A DNA stretch of 63,848 nt, the filler included, from Licmophora abbreviata (Eukaryota): assembly GCA_900291995.1 (NCBI GenBank). It is 5 parts of 5 records of this genome, joined end to end, with 100 filler letters (N's around TTAATTAATTAA, not from the genome) between each part and the next. Parts side by side here need not be neighbours in the genome. Positions count along the whole stretch, not along the records: positions 1 to 28,318 come from OLMU01004118.1; positions 28,419 to 37,906 come from OLMU01004119.1; 3 more parts are not named here. The stretch is one strand, 5' to 3'. Numbering within the stretch: position 1 is the stretch's first letter; each line of letters begins with the position of its first letter. A program made the translations under genes and the position numbers. Under the pieces are notes generated by a model that ran no database searches, was not told where the DNA came from, and saw nothing but the letters and a program-made list of their open reading frames with translations. This document shows, in pieces, positions 23,154 through 34,693 of this stretch.

Positions 23154-23903
23154 CGTCGACGAGTGCGTCCTCTTGTCTGGTGACTGAAAGCGAGAGGCCC
23201 TTGAAAAGCGAGCGAACCAGAATGACTTCAATTCTTGATCTTTCGACGCCTCGTTAGCTCCGCCGTGTCCTTTTACTTGTCCGAGACACTCCAGCGTACT
23301 CAATGGCAGCCACAAGGTATAAGACGGGCCCGAATACGTTGCTCTAGTCTGTCTCAACAGCGAGACCACACGTTGCACTGCCGAGAAGGCCTTCGCTCAA
23401 TATTCGACTACGCAGTTGGCTTCTGTCAGCCTTCTGTCCTAAGTATAAAACGTGCTGACGTCATACATGTACTTATGGGGGTGTGAATCGATCCGAAAAA
23501 GGCGGGAAGCACGAGGGAGGTACAGAAGAGTGGCGTTTCTTGCTCTTTTCCGTTGGATCTCTGGAACTGATGGCTCACGAACCAGACAAAAGGAGCGTTC
23601 CGATGTGGATGGAAGCAATCTGAGAGGCAGAGAGATTCTCAGACCTTTCCAATAGCGCCCAGTTCTGTAGGGGTGAAGGCGGGGTCTTGTTGTTGTGTGA
23701 TGATGGAAAATGAGTGATACGAAATCTTCAGAATTCCCGCCGCTTCGTAGCAATTGGTACAAACCTTCCGTAGCAGCTCGAGCTCCAAATCCTCTAAATG
23801 TCTCCCGCCGACAGCGATAAAAAATTCAAAAAGATTCACCAAGTTTGGGTTTCCACTTTCAACTTGTGTACGATAGAGAACGAGATCTCTTCTGCTTCTG
23901 ACC

Positions 23904-24743
23904 ATGTCGGACGCTCCGAATGTACCACCTATAGGGGGCGAGTCTTCGACGACAGCACCGGCTCCCAAGCGAGACAAGTTTGCTAGCATGGCAGCTCGGG
24001 TGCAAGACGATTCCAAGGCGTCGACAGCAAAGACTGGATCCGCCGCAGCGGTACAACCACAACAACAACAACGACGCGGCAGCAAATTGGCAAGCATGGT
24101 CGCGTTGCAGCAACAACAGAAAACGACAGATGAGACTACTGAGAATGACCCGACACAGGAGGCTGGTACACGAGCTCCGTCGACGGCACCATCCTTGCAA
24201 GCCCGTCGAACGCAGCGCGACAAGACAATGCGTGATCTAGCGCAAGCTCAAGGCTGGACGTGGCAGCTGATCCTATTAGCAGAAAAGACTGCCAAAGAGC
24301 TTTCTCATGTCGAGACAGCCGATGCATCGATAATCCAGGAAACTAGTGAAAAGTACTTGGCAACGCTGCAAAACATTCATGGAACCCTTACGCCTCATGC
24401 CGAGTTGGTAGTGGCCTACAAGAACCATCAAGTGGATAGCACTGTAGCTGAAGGTGACAATAGAGCAGGGGTCGCTACTGCGTCGACAGAACCGGAAAAG
24501 GAAACGTCTGATGCGACTCTCCGCAGCAAGAACATGTATGCAGCACGCGTGGAAATGCGGCTAGCGGAGGAACGACGGAACGTGTTGCAAGAGATGTTGA
24601 ACTTGGAACGACAGCAAGGAGAAAAGGACGAGCACCAGAGAGCAAGTTCTGACGCCGAAGTGGACGCGGATGCCATTGATGTAAAATCGCAAGAGGATCA
24701 AGAGGTGCCTAAGGCGGCGCCCGAAAAGAAGCGAAAACGTTAG
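23904..24743 (+). CDS. probable Mediator subunit 11-like protein
   Basis: Helical core (LILLAEKTAKEL...YLATLQNIHGTL...Y...MYAARVEMRLAEER) resembles MED11; C-terminal NLS KKRKR. Confidence 0.5.
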   Translation: MSDAPNVPPIGGESSTTAPAPKRDKFASMAARVQDDSKASTAKTGSAAAVQPQQQQRRGSKLASMVALQQQQKTTDETTENDPTQEAGTRAPSTAPSLQARRTQRDKTMRDLAQAQGWTWQLILLAEKTAKELSHVETADASIIQETSEKYLATLQNIHGTLTPHAELVVAYKNHQVDSTVAEGDNRAGVATASTEPEKETSDATLRSKNMYAARVEMRLAEERRNVLQEMLNLERQQGEKDEHQRASSDAEVDADAIDVKSQEDQEVPKAAPEKKRKR

Positions 24744-25184
24744 CGACTATTGCCGAGGGTGGTGAGAAAGAAACAACGTAGCAAATCGCTGCATAAGCAC
24801 CTTCATTGTAGAGATACTGGTACTCAGATCCAGCTTTCCATATGGGCTTTACAAGCTAGCAATCTGGCCTTATACTTGGTGCCGCGTCCACGAGCTTCGT
24901 TGAATGCACCAGTAGACCTATCTGGCAACGACATACTTAACGAAGAGCTATAGCTTTCACTTCAGTACGACCAGTGCCAATGCCTGGCATAAATCGTGCT
25001 ATAGTACGTCCAGCTGGACATCACAGCGTAAACTAAAACGACATTGAAAATTTCGGTAGAAGCATTTTCTCCAAGCTAGTTTACCAGGCAGTAGAGATTG
25101 ACTACGAGCACTGAACCCCGAACAAGCCGAAGATTGCAAGAGCCTCCTCCAATACGTCCCTCTCGACCTACGCGCTTTCGATGC

Positions 25185-25607
<423 letters not shown>

Positions 25608-25927
25608 TTACAACAATACCAACGGCGGCGATGACAGTAGCACCAAGCGCAACAGCAACGTGCGGTCAATGAGTGAATGTGAGAAGGCTGAGTAAGCGGT
25701 AAGGAGAGAAGGCTCACAACAAGGTGAGTCAGACAGTATGCTCGAAACAGATACCGGGTACGAGGAGGTACCAAAATATATAGCGGAAGAAGACAGCCAG
25801 GAGCACAACACAGGCACGTTCCGAATTCCGAACGCGCGAGCTCCGCAAAACATGCAAGTCGAGGTGACCATGGTGCTGTGACTCGTGTTCATTCGACCGC
25901 ACTTGTTTCATCTCTCTCTTATTGACA

Positions 25928-26506
25928 ATGAATGCGATGGCAGACGACTCATCCCAAAACTCCCGCAGCTCGCTGTCCGGCTCGTTGCTCGAACGAATTC
26001 GAGCGCAGCGCGAACGAGAGGCTGCTCAACAGACTGGAACGAATGATGGTAGCTACATTGCGCCGCAGCAGCAAACTGTGCAGACTCCTACTTTGACGAG
26101 CGATCTCGAGAGTTCTGGATTGGCGCCCCCTTCCGCAGGAGCTATGGACGACTTCGACGATGACTTTGCGCCGGTCGTTGGGGCGGGGTCCCGTGGGATG
26201 GGGCTGCAGGAGCAGCAGCTGCTGCGCACTGATACCACGACACGATCTTCCCTCTGGCCTATGCAGATTTCCTGGCCGTCGTTTCCTCGCATAGAAAACA
26301 CTACTGGAAGTGGCGATGGGGCTGCTTCCTCGGAAGCCTTGTTGGGTGGCCACCGGGACGATTCCCAAGACAATTACACAATGACCAACTACTTCACGAC
26401 CTTCATCACAGACGTTTACAATCTCTTTCGAGGCATGCATCCAGTTTTGCGGGGACTCGTTGTGTTTATCATGGTCTTTCTGACATTTAGGTTGTTGTCT
26501 TTGTGA
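25928..26506 (+). CDS. hypothetical tail-anchored membrane protein
   Basis: Disordered body with a single C-terminal hydrophobic helix; SLLERIRAQRERE motif. Confidence 0.7.
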   Translation: MNAMADDSSQNSRSSLSGSLLERIRAQREREAAQQTGTNDGSYIAPQQQTVQTPTLTSDLESSGLAPPSAGAMDDFDDDFAPVVGAGSRGMGLQEQQLLRTDTTTRSSLWPMQISWPSFPRIENTTGSGDGAASSEALLGGHRDDSQDNYTMTNYFTTFITDVYNLFRGMHPVLRGLVVFIMVFLTFRLLSL

Positions 26507-26741
26507 GCACAAGACGCGGATTTTCTTGATGACAAACATGGGAGGCAGGCCGTTGCTGCCCTTTCAATTAACTTGCACTGTATGATTGTGCCGAAAAGTA
26601 GAAGTAGTAGTAGGTACGATTTCGATCCCTCAACATTGCTAGCGTTATTGAAAGTAGACAATGCCCGGCGTGTTTGCTCGGTTGCCCTCACAGTGGTCTC
26701 GAATAGCAAGACCCCGTCTTCAGGGGCTGCCGTTGCCGCTA

Positions 26742-28557
26742 CTACAATACGCGTTTCATGCTTCGGTCACCGGGTACCCACGCCCCGTGAAAGTCCATTG
26801 GCGATCGATTGCCGGTCCATATTTCAGATACTACCGTCATATCTCGAGCATCCAACACGATCAGAGACGTTTGCTGTTGCACCCCATCGTATACTTGACT
26901 AAGTATCACGCCGTCGTCTTCGGCGGTCCCATCGGGGTCTGCCACGAAGATTGGCTCAGACACGTACCGAGAGTCGCGTTGGTAAGAAGCTTCAATACAG
27001 TCTTTTTCCATATCAAACTTAAAGAGTCCCCACGAGTCGTACTCGGACGAACCGTTGGCATATGCCCCAAATGCATAGACGTAGCGAGGATGCTGTTTCG
27101 CATACTGCGCCGAATCCGGCCCAAACGCACGAGAATACCGTGTCGTCGGAAGCTCAAAGCCCTGCTCTAGATCCTTCCATTCCACATGTACTCTGCCCGC
27201 TTGAATCCGACATTCAACATCACACGCGGTCCCTCCCTTTGGTATGCGATTGCGCCACTCTCTACCCAGCCGACATTGCTCGAGTCGCATAAATTGATGT
27301 TCTCCAGTAATAATTGCGGGGGAGTCGTATGCACAGACTCGCATACTAATCACTGTGCTGTTTTCTTCGTCTTGCCATTCGGCAGTACTTATTGTGTGGT
27401 AGAAATAGATCCGTTCGTCGATCGACTGATCCAACACGACAGAGCCGTCCTGCAGGTCAAAGACAAGCAAACGAGTCTTCTCAGCTGGCCGCATGGCACG
27501 CAGGAATCCCCGTTCAAGTGTCGCTGAGAGATCGCTCAAGTTGACACGCAATGGCTGCAACACGACAACTGCATGACGATGCGTCAGTCCAAAGGAATGG
27601 AGGTATGGAACGCCATCATCAATCGGTTGCGAAGATCCGACGACGCTCCGCTCTCCAGAACTAGTCTCACATGTCAAACTGACGCGAGGCCCTGATAGTC
27701 CTAGTTCCACCACTACATTGTAGGTCGCATCAGATGTTTTAGAGTATTCTGGATGTGCAGTGGAGAGAAGCTCGTAGCCAGTACTGGCTGCCAATGGCGT
27801 TGAAGGCGCAGTGCCAGAGTACTGAGTTTGTAGGGTGTCGAGCGACAGGTCGGCACGGGCGGGTGCATCGGTCAAGGCACTGATTGCAGCAGTAGAAGAT
27901 GTAGAATGGGCCTTGCTGGGGTCATAATCCCAGATATTGACGGGTGTGTTGTCGAACTGCAGCGCATTCACCAACGCGCCGACGAGACGCAACATCCCCG
28001 TCTTGGTTTCCTTCGTACCTGCACTCAGCACGGGACCGACCGCCAGCGAAGGTGGAATCTCTCGAGTCGATTGTACCTTGCGATACCACGCGGAGTCAAT
28101 GAACTTGTTCAGATACTCAACTGAGCAGTCGCCCCTATCACTGAATCGATACGCCGAAACCTTGGCGAGTCCATCGAAAATGTGGGAGTACTGGTCACCG
28201 CCCGGAATGCCCCAGAGCCCCCCGCCATTTCGAATCAAGGTGCCGCCGCGGAGGTAACCAGGAAGCGTACCAGTAATGTTAGTCAGCGGAACCCAGTCAG
28301 GGACTTCGTTGGGAGCATNNNNNNNNNNNNNNNNNNNNNNNNNNNNNNNNNNNNNNNNNNNNTTAATTAATTAANNNNNNNNNNNNNNNNNNNNNNNNNN
28401 NNNNNNNNNNNNNNNNNNCGCTGATCCAGTCTTCAAAGTTGACGTTCGCCGCTGCGGTTGATCGGGAGGGACCCTGTTGCCTGTTCGTCGTGGATGAGAA
28501 AGAGCTCGCCAATGACACTAGCGACACGGAAATCAGAAAATAGACACAGTGCGACAT
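26742..28557 (-). CDS. carotenoid cleavage oxygenase (RPE65/CCD family), probably plastid-targeted; interrupted by the spacer at 28319-28418
   Basis: GTLPGYLRGGTLIRNG, FDGLA, four Fe-binding His (TAHP, YLHSFG, FYHTI, DFHGAW) and SEPIFV. The segment across the gap, MSHCVYFLISVSLVSLASSF, is a bipartite presequence. Confidence 0.9.
28319..28418. other. artificial assembly spacer N44-TTAATTAATTAA-N44
   Basis: The identical 100-nt structure occurs four times; the 12-mer has stops in all six frames. Confidence 0.98.
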
Positions 28558-28835
28558 GCTAACAAAGTCTCTCTCGTAGGAAACGACGGGGCTCTCAAGC
28601 CTTGAAGCTGATGCCGCTCGCGAGGGTCAGGTTTGAGCAGGACGAAATTGAAGTCGTCCAGGAACCCTTTGGCGCCAAAAAACCTCGCGAAGGCATCGCG
28701 TCGTGACGACGAGGTATGACATCATCCGCGACTGATATCCAACTCATGACTTACGTCCAGATTTGAGATTTATGATGGATGATGGCGCCATGGCGCCCCG
28801 CCAAGTTCCGTCACCGCGGGTCATCACCCTAGTTC

Positions 28836-29939
28836 ATGACCATGAGGTCAAGGCCTTCCAGCCCCTTCTGGTACCATGCTTTCGTGGGAGCGGTTCTTTT
28901 ATTTGCGATTGCTGGATCGTTTGTCAATGTTTTCATCTCCGAGACTCTCCTTGTGAACCACTCGAACACACATTCGCTCGTTGCTCTGCAGAACGACGCC
29001 GGGCAGTGGCGTCGACGGATCGTGGAAGATGACACTGAATCAGGAGGAGGTACTAAGGAAACCAGCCAGGAAATCACGCAATCAACTAATACGAATAGGA
29101 CTCTGGTGGTAGTTATTGGAAATCTCCGTGGTGGCGAGTCGGCATGGGAAAGTCTCTACCGCCATGTTCTGGATATCAACTCGGCCGACTTGGCGTTGGT
29201 GATTGGAGAAGTTCCTAGTACTAATCGTACATCCAGCATGTACCATCGTGCCAAGTATCTTTACGAGTTTCCCGAATTTGAAGACTACGCTGACGCGATC
29301 GACTTGATCAATGGAAGTGATTGGCGGCAATCCGTCCTGCCACTCAGCCAAGACCCACATGGCTTGTTTGGGGGCGTCAAAGGGCGTCATGGGAGTGGTG
29401 CCGTAATTTTCATGGCACGTTGGTTTGTCAGTCAGTTTCTGCAACAACACAATCTACTCAAGATCTACGATCGATTCGTTCTCACCAGATCTGATCACTA
29501 CTACGTTTGCCCGTACGATATGAGAGTGCTCGATCCAAACTACATCCATGTTCCGGTCGGAGAAGACTGGCATGGTATATCTGATCGCCACGCCATCGTT
29601 TCCACTCAATATGTGCTGAGAATGCTTAATATGTTCCCTCCACTCGTCTACAAAACAAGCCACCTTCTAAAGGGTGAGACCCTGCGAAGAATTAATCCGG
29701 AAGGCTTCATCAAGGCCCGGTGGAAGGAAGAGGGGATATGGAAGCTTGTCAGACGACACGATCGAGTGATGTTTACTTGTGCTGTAGACGGTGATACGAC
29801 TCGGTGGCAGCGGCATTCCAGTACGCTGAACGCGGAGTTCAACGTGTACATAAAATATTTCCACGAGTATTCGGCTGCGACGTGCAACTGTGGAGGGCGA
29901 CGCTGGAATGAGCCGAACAAGACATGCGGCAACTTATAG
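28836..29939 (+). CDS. type II membrane protein, putative glycosyltransferase-like
   Basis: N-terminal TM; YDRFVLTRSDHYY and GED.HGISDRH motifs. Confidence 0.7.
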   Translation: MTMRSRPSSPFWYHAFVGAVLLFAIAGSFVNVFISETLLVNHSNTHSLVALQNDAGQWRRRIVEDDTESGGGTKETSQEITQSTNTNRTLVVVIGNLRGGESAWESLYRHVLDINSADLALVIGEVPSTNRTSSMYHRAKYLYEFPEFEDYADAIDLINGSDWRQSVLPLSQDPHGLFGGVKGRHGSGAVIFMARWFVSQFLQQHNLLKIYDRFVLTRSDHYYVCPYDMRVLDPNYIHVPVGEDWHGISDRHAIVSTQYVLRMLNMFPPLVYKTSHLLKGETLRRINPEGFIKARWKEEGIWKLVRRHDRVMFTCAVDGDTTRWQRHSSTLNAEFNVYIKYFHEYSAATCNCGGRRWNEPNKTCGNL

Positions 29940-30477
29940 ATGCCGCACGTCAGTATTAGACTCTCATATGCGAAGGCAAGTCGATTGTCAGGATGCTCTG
30001 ATACCTGGCAGTGCAATGTACTCTAGAATAGTAGAGCTATCGCGATCCTTTTCGTAGCTAGAGCAGGTAGTGTTGCGCTGATTAGGCCTTATGCGGACGT
30101 ATTTCATCTATTCGTGGCATATGCTAGGTGCCGGTAGGTTTCCCGATAAACAACGCTTCATCGACGCGCTCCCTCATCGGTTGGCCAAATGGCAAGCGCT
30201 TTGTCGAACCACGTCAATCGACGGAATAAGATGGCGCCGAATGGAATGCAATCTGGCACCACCGACAGCGTCTGAGATGGACTGTCTCTCATTACACTTC
30301 ATCGCAGACACGTCTATATTCCAGATATCATGACACTTCTAAAATTTTGAGGCGCGAAAAAAGTCCCGGCACCGCCCAGCAGTTTGACAGATTTGAGAGC
30401 ACCGCGTCTCACAACCAGACGACGAATGTGAAGGAGATGTTGTTTCGGCTGCATTAATCTACTGAACTGCAACAACC

Positions 30478-31449
30478 ATGACCTCTCCCCCTCCATCCTT
30501 CGTGAAAGCGTTCGTCTATTGCATCCCGATCTTTATTCCGATGGCATGGCCGAAGAAGATTGCAGCTCGAACTCTATTCTCTAGCATCGGATGTGCCGCT
30601 GTGATTTCCTTTCTCCTAGTCGTACCACCTTTGCTCTTGCACGTCTTCATTCTTGAACTCAACATCCAAACGGCGTTAAATGGTTTGTACTGCATCATTC
30701 TTTGGGTGTATCTTATCCTACCCATGCGAGAAGCGAAACCTCGGGTCAAAAACTATCTAGAGCATCGACAAGAGCCATTTCCTGAAGCCGTTGAACGAAT
30801 GCAGGAACGACAAGAGCAGGGACGCTTCCAGCGACACGATTTGTATGATTTATACTTGCCCCCTTCTGGTTTGGAGTTGAAACAGGCGCTATTGTATATT
30901 CCGGGAGCTCTAGTCGATCGCACGGCGTATGCCACTGTCATGTCGGACTTGGCCGATCGAGGAGTGGCTGTGGCCGTGATGAACTTGGAGCCGATGAGGT
31001 TGCCCATGAGACATCTGGGAGCGAATGCGAAGAAAGCCAAGTGGATAATCAGTTTTGTGGAAGCAGAACTGGGAAAGAAGGAGTGTCTAGCTTGGTCGCT
31101 GGGAGGACACAGTATGGGCGGATACACGGCAAGCGAGATTATTGTGAAGATGGGAAAGAAGCATCGATTAGTCATGTGGGCAGGCGGACCTATCGTAAAG
31201 GAATTTGCGACATCCAACTTGCCTATGCTCTCTATACATGCGTCCAATGATAAGATCACCGGCGAGCCTAAGAAGGACGCGCTTCCGGAAGCGGTGCGCT
31301 TCGTCCAGATCGACGGAGGAAACCATTCTGGCTTCGGAAGCTATGGACCTCAGACCTTTCCGCATTCGGACGGGGAGAGATCTATCTCATTAGAGGAACA
31401 ACAGAAACAAGCTGTCGATGCCACGGCTTCATTTCTACTTGGGAAATGA
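30478..31449 (+). CDS. alpha/beta hydrolase with N-terminal TM segments
   Basis: YIPGALVD, GGHSMGG nucleophile elbow, ASNDKI, IDGGNHSGFGSYGPQ. Confidence 0.9.
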   Translation: MTSPPPSFVKAFVYCIPIFIPMAWPKKIAARTLFSSIGCAAVISFLLVVPPLLLHVFILELNIQTALNGLYCIILWVYLILPMREAKPRVKNYLEHRQEPFPEAVERMQERQEQGRFQRHDLYDLYLPPSGLELKQALLYIPGALVDRTAYATVMSDLADRGVAVAVMNLEPMRLPMRHLGANAKKAKWIISFVEAELGKKECLAWSLGGHSMGGYTASEIIVKMGKKHRLVMWAGGPIVKEFATSNLPMLSIHASNDKITGEPKKDALPEAVRFVQIDGGNHSGFGSYGPQTFPHSDGERSISLEEQQKQAVDATASFLLGK

Positions 31450-31761
31450 TGAACGATCGTGGAACCTGAATGCTTCGGAATCAATCTTCTAAACCGACGC
31501 ACGACACGCTTCAACCAGACGACTTGACTCGTCCGTGTGCTATCATTGTAACGATCATCCGCTACGAGATAACTCAGAAGTGCGTGAAGTCCTAGCTACG
31601 TAGATTAAGAAACGGTCGTAATAACATCATTGGATTGTCTCTTCACTTAGATCTACCCGTCTACATAGAAAGGAACACACAGCTCCGGCAAAAGGTTAAG
31701 TTGGGCATATTGGGCCTACACCAAAGGCTATAGATACAAATGAAACGTGACATTCGGTACC

Positions 31762-33087
31762 TTACGCCATGGCGCCGCCTTGACGGGAAAGATCGGCCTT
31801 GCCACCCTTTGTGAGCTTCGAGTGAAGCATGCCGGCGTACACGGCAAGTCCAACAGTTCCTAGGATGAAGAAAGTAAGGGCGAACTTTTGGCCGCCAGTG
31901 GTCTTTCCTCCGCCACCTCCCTTGATGAAGCTTCCACCGATGACGATCTCGCCCTCCTCGTCATAGGTTCCCTTGACAAGAGACTCGATGAAGTCACAGA
32001 CAATCTCCTCATTGGCGAGCTGGTTATCGTATCCGTAGTAGCTGCTGTATCCGCTTTCAAATCCGTGGGTCTGCTCGCACTTGGCGGCGTCCGTGTAGAG
32101 AGCTTCGCACATTTCGTTGACCATGTCTGCGTCATTGTCAGCATTCTGGGAGCTGGTCTCGTCCTCATTTGCCGCCTCCATACAGGAGATGCATGTGTCG
32201 GTGTAGGTGGTCTTCAAAAGAGCATGGGAGAGCTTCATGACAACACCATCTCCGTCAACTAGATAGTCATCGACGCTCAGGGAGGAGTCGTGCATGTTGC
32301 ACTCCTCGTCCGTGAAGATTCCAATCTTGATCTTGGATCCAGAATTGGCGCACATCGGTCCGGCGTAAAGGCCTGTCTTGCCATCGTCTTCCGGATCGTA
32401 GACCATTTGGCACTCAAGGAACTCGGTGGCATCAATGTAGCCATTCTCCTCCATGTTCTCGATCTTCTGACACTCATCGTAACAGGAGTCGCAGTCGACC
32501 TCAAGATTGCGGAGAGCACGCATGGCACGACGACCTCCCTCGTCCTGCTGGTCCCCTTCTTCCTGCTGGTCCCCTTCGTCCTGCTGTTCCCCTTCATCCT
32601 GCTGGGTCCCGTCCTGCTGCTGCGTTTCGGTTGCGTCTTGTCCGCACTCATCACAAGCCTGGCACATATCCTCCTGAAGTTCTTGCTGGTAGGCGACGGT
32701 GGCCTCGAGGTACTCGTCAAGGGAGATGATGTATTCACCGTAGTTGTAATTGCAAGAGCTGCAGCCGTCGTCGGGGCAAAGACGGAAGATGACGAAGCGC
32801 TTGGTTCCAAGGACAGTGGAGTACTCCTCGTTCTCTGCAAGCTCATCGTCGTAGGTCTTGACGAACTGACACTTCTCGAATTTCATAAAGTATCCGGAAA
32901 CGTCAACCTCGTACTCCGCCTGGTCGAGACGACGGAGCTGCGAGCCCGGAGTCTCCTTGGCGCCGCCCATGAGCTTGGAGTGGTAGGCCGATTGGGCCGA
33001 GTTCTTGCTCTTGGCCACGAAGGGGTTCTTGGCGGCAGTTGCCGTAGCGGCCGCGAGCAGCGAAAGAGCAACGGAAACGAACTTCAT
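31762..33087 (-). CDS. Sin1: silicanin-1-like silica deposition vesicle membrane protein
   Basis: Signal peptide, pro-region ending SQLRRL, KFEKCQFVK, FVIFRLCP, YGEYII, Cys-rich acidic lumenal domain, TM and cytosolic tail ending LSRQGGAMA, matching Sin1 as recalled. Confidence 0.88.
   Translation of the reverse strand: MKFVSVALSLLAAATATAAKNPFVAKSKNSAQSAYHSKLMGGAKETPGSQLRRLDQAEYEVDVSGYFMKFEKCQFVKTYDDELAENEEYSTVLGTKRFVIFRLCPDDGCSSCNYNYGEYIISLDEYLEATVAYQQELQEDMCQACDECGQDATETQQQDGTQQDEGEQQDEGDQQEEGDQQDEGGRRAMRALRNLEVDCDSCYDECQKIENMEENGYIDATEFLECQMVYDPEDDGKTGLYAGPMCANSGSKIKIGIFTDEECNMHDSSLSVDDYLVDGDGVVMKLSHALLKTTYTDTCISCMEAANEDETSSQNADNDADMVNEMCEALYTDAAKCEQTHGFESGYSSYYGYDNQLANEEIVCDFIESLVKGTYDEEGEIVIGGSFIKGGGGGKTTGGQKFALTFFILGTVGLAVYAGMLHSKLTKGGKADLSRQGGAMA
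32537..32620 (-). repeat. 18-nt coding tandem repeat (QQDEGD-type, about 5 units) within Sin1
   Basis: QQDGTQQDEGEQQDEGDQQEEGDQQDEG. Confidence 0.9.
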
Positions 33088-34693
33088 TGTGGCTGTAGAA
33101 TCGATGAAGAGAGACAGAGACGACGGTGTGAGTAGGATCACAGCTCGTATTCAGACACGGACACACGCCGTATCCCCATCACAGTGCAGATCACAGCGCC
33201 GCACAAGGAAAAGCAATTGCCCGAGACGACGGTCGACTGCACCACCAACGCTGCACGACATTACACAACGGACAGAGGACCGACTCGCAGTGTAGAAACA
33301 CAAGGCGTTCGACTCGATGGTCTCATTTCGATGTCGAGAGCGACTCAGGCCGACCCGCGAGCATTGCCGAAGGACGCCACACGTAGAACTCAGTACAAGA
33401 TTGGAGTAGAAAGTCACAGCGCACTCCCGACGAGGAGGCTGCTATCGACCATGAAGTCGACGCCGAAACTCGCCCTTTCATTCCGTCTGTCGCTTTCTGC
33501 ACCCAAAGTACTCTTCAGAGTGACTGACGGAGCAAAGTCTTGTCCAAATGGCCATGAGGAACGGCGCAAAAAGGCTCTCACCTGCTACGAAATCTCCAAT
33601 GGATTTGTGGCGAGATCACGTGATTTCAAGAGGGCGACGCCCGCCCGCGAAAAGGTAGAATCGCTGAAATTCAAAGAATTCACGAGATTCAAGCCGTAAG
33701 TAATCTGGCCAGCGCGCTTCAGTATCGGGCGACATGGAGTATGTCCACTATTGGCCTATAGGTTTACATTCTTATTTTGCCATCGCCGCCACTAGGTTTT
33801 CTGGTAGGAATTCTACAAGAAGCTGGACGGCTACACTCAATGCAAGTTTGGTGTTCTCGGTTTGGAATATCAACGTATATATTTCCGACTACTCCAGCTT
33901 GTTGACTGAAAAATGATGCCAATGCCTGCTGTGGTATGCATGTAGGATTCTACGGAGTCATCCGTATTTGATACTTTCACTATCATTCGTGTAAGCCGTT
34001 GGCGAAATTTCTGCGATGACCAAAAGTTTTTGTTAGAGAAAGATTCATCGTCCTCAGGACTTAAGCAAAAGTTATTCTTTGTGTAACGGCTGGTGTTCTC
34101 TTCAAAATTCTCCAAAAAAGGGCTGCTGGCGCGCCAATGCGTGGAGGCTCTCGTAGGACGTTACGTGCTTTGGCGATCGCGACGAACACCGAGCGTGAAA
34201 CCCGCCAGAATCCATCGCTTCTGCCACAACTTTTTGGATCGCACCGAGGTTCGAGGTGAGGACCGATGTTTGCCATGGCGTGGCTTTTTTCGACGCCACT
34301 AGGCACTCTCCCCCTTCACATGTCGGGATGGAGACTCTGTGATATGCTTGGTTGATGCGCAAGAGCGGCAGAATGAGCGGCGGTGCCATGTTTCGCGACG
34401 CTCTCTTCGGCATTGGGGTAGCCCGGCGATGGCGAGCGCTCCACGTAGATCCTACCTGGATTTACTACTGCAGTGGCTTGTGATCTCGGTCGGCTTGAAG
34501 ACTTGGTCGAGCCACCGGGAGGGCACTGCGAGTGCACTGGTGGCAAACACCATCGGGCGTTTGGATGGAACTGCCGGGCATCTCGGGCCTCGACGTGACT
34601 GAAGCATCGTAGATTTTTGTATCGCCCAAATATCTCGCCTCACAAAACTCCTTGTCTGTGTCGTCTTGTGCTCTACTCACAGATTATATCACA

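Noticed and set aside
23154..23378. 75-aa N-terminal extension of the RSH ORF (likewise 5724-5891 for the PPR gene)
   Set aside because: The RSH extension starts at GTG and the PPR extension reads through a GT microsatellite; downstream ATGs give plausible targeting peptides
28363..28374. TTAATTAATTAA palindrome repeated four times
   Set aside because: Always centred in 88 Ns; an artificial all-frame-stop linker rather than a biological repeat or CRISPR
32277..33135. Long overlapping/antisense ORFs over Sin1 (also 34718-35401 and 1866-2450)
   Set aside because: Expected from strong codon bias of the real genes; no recognisable motifs
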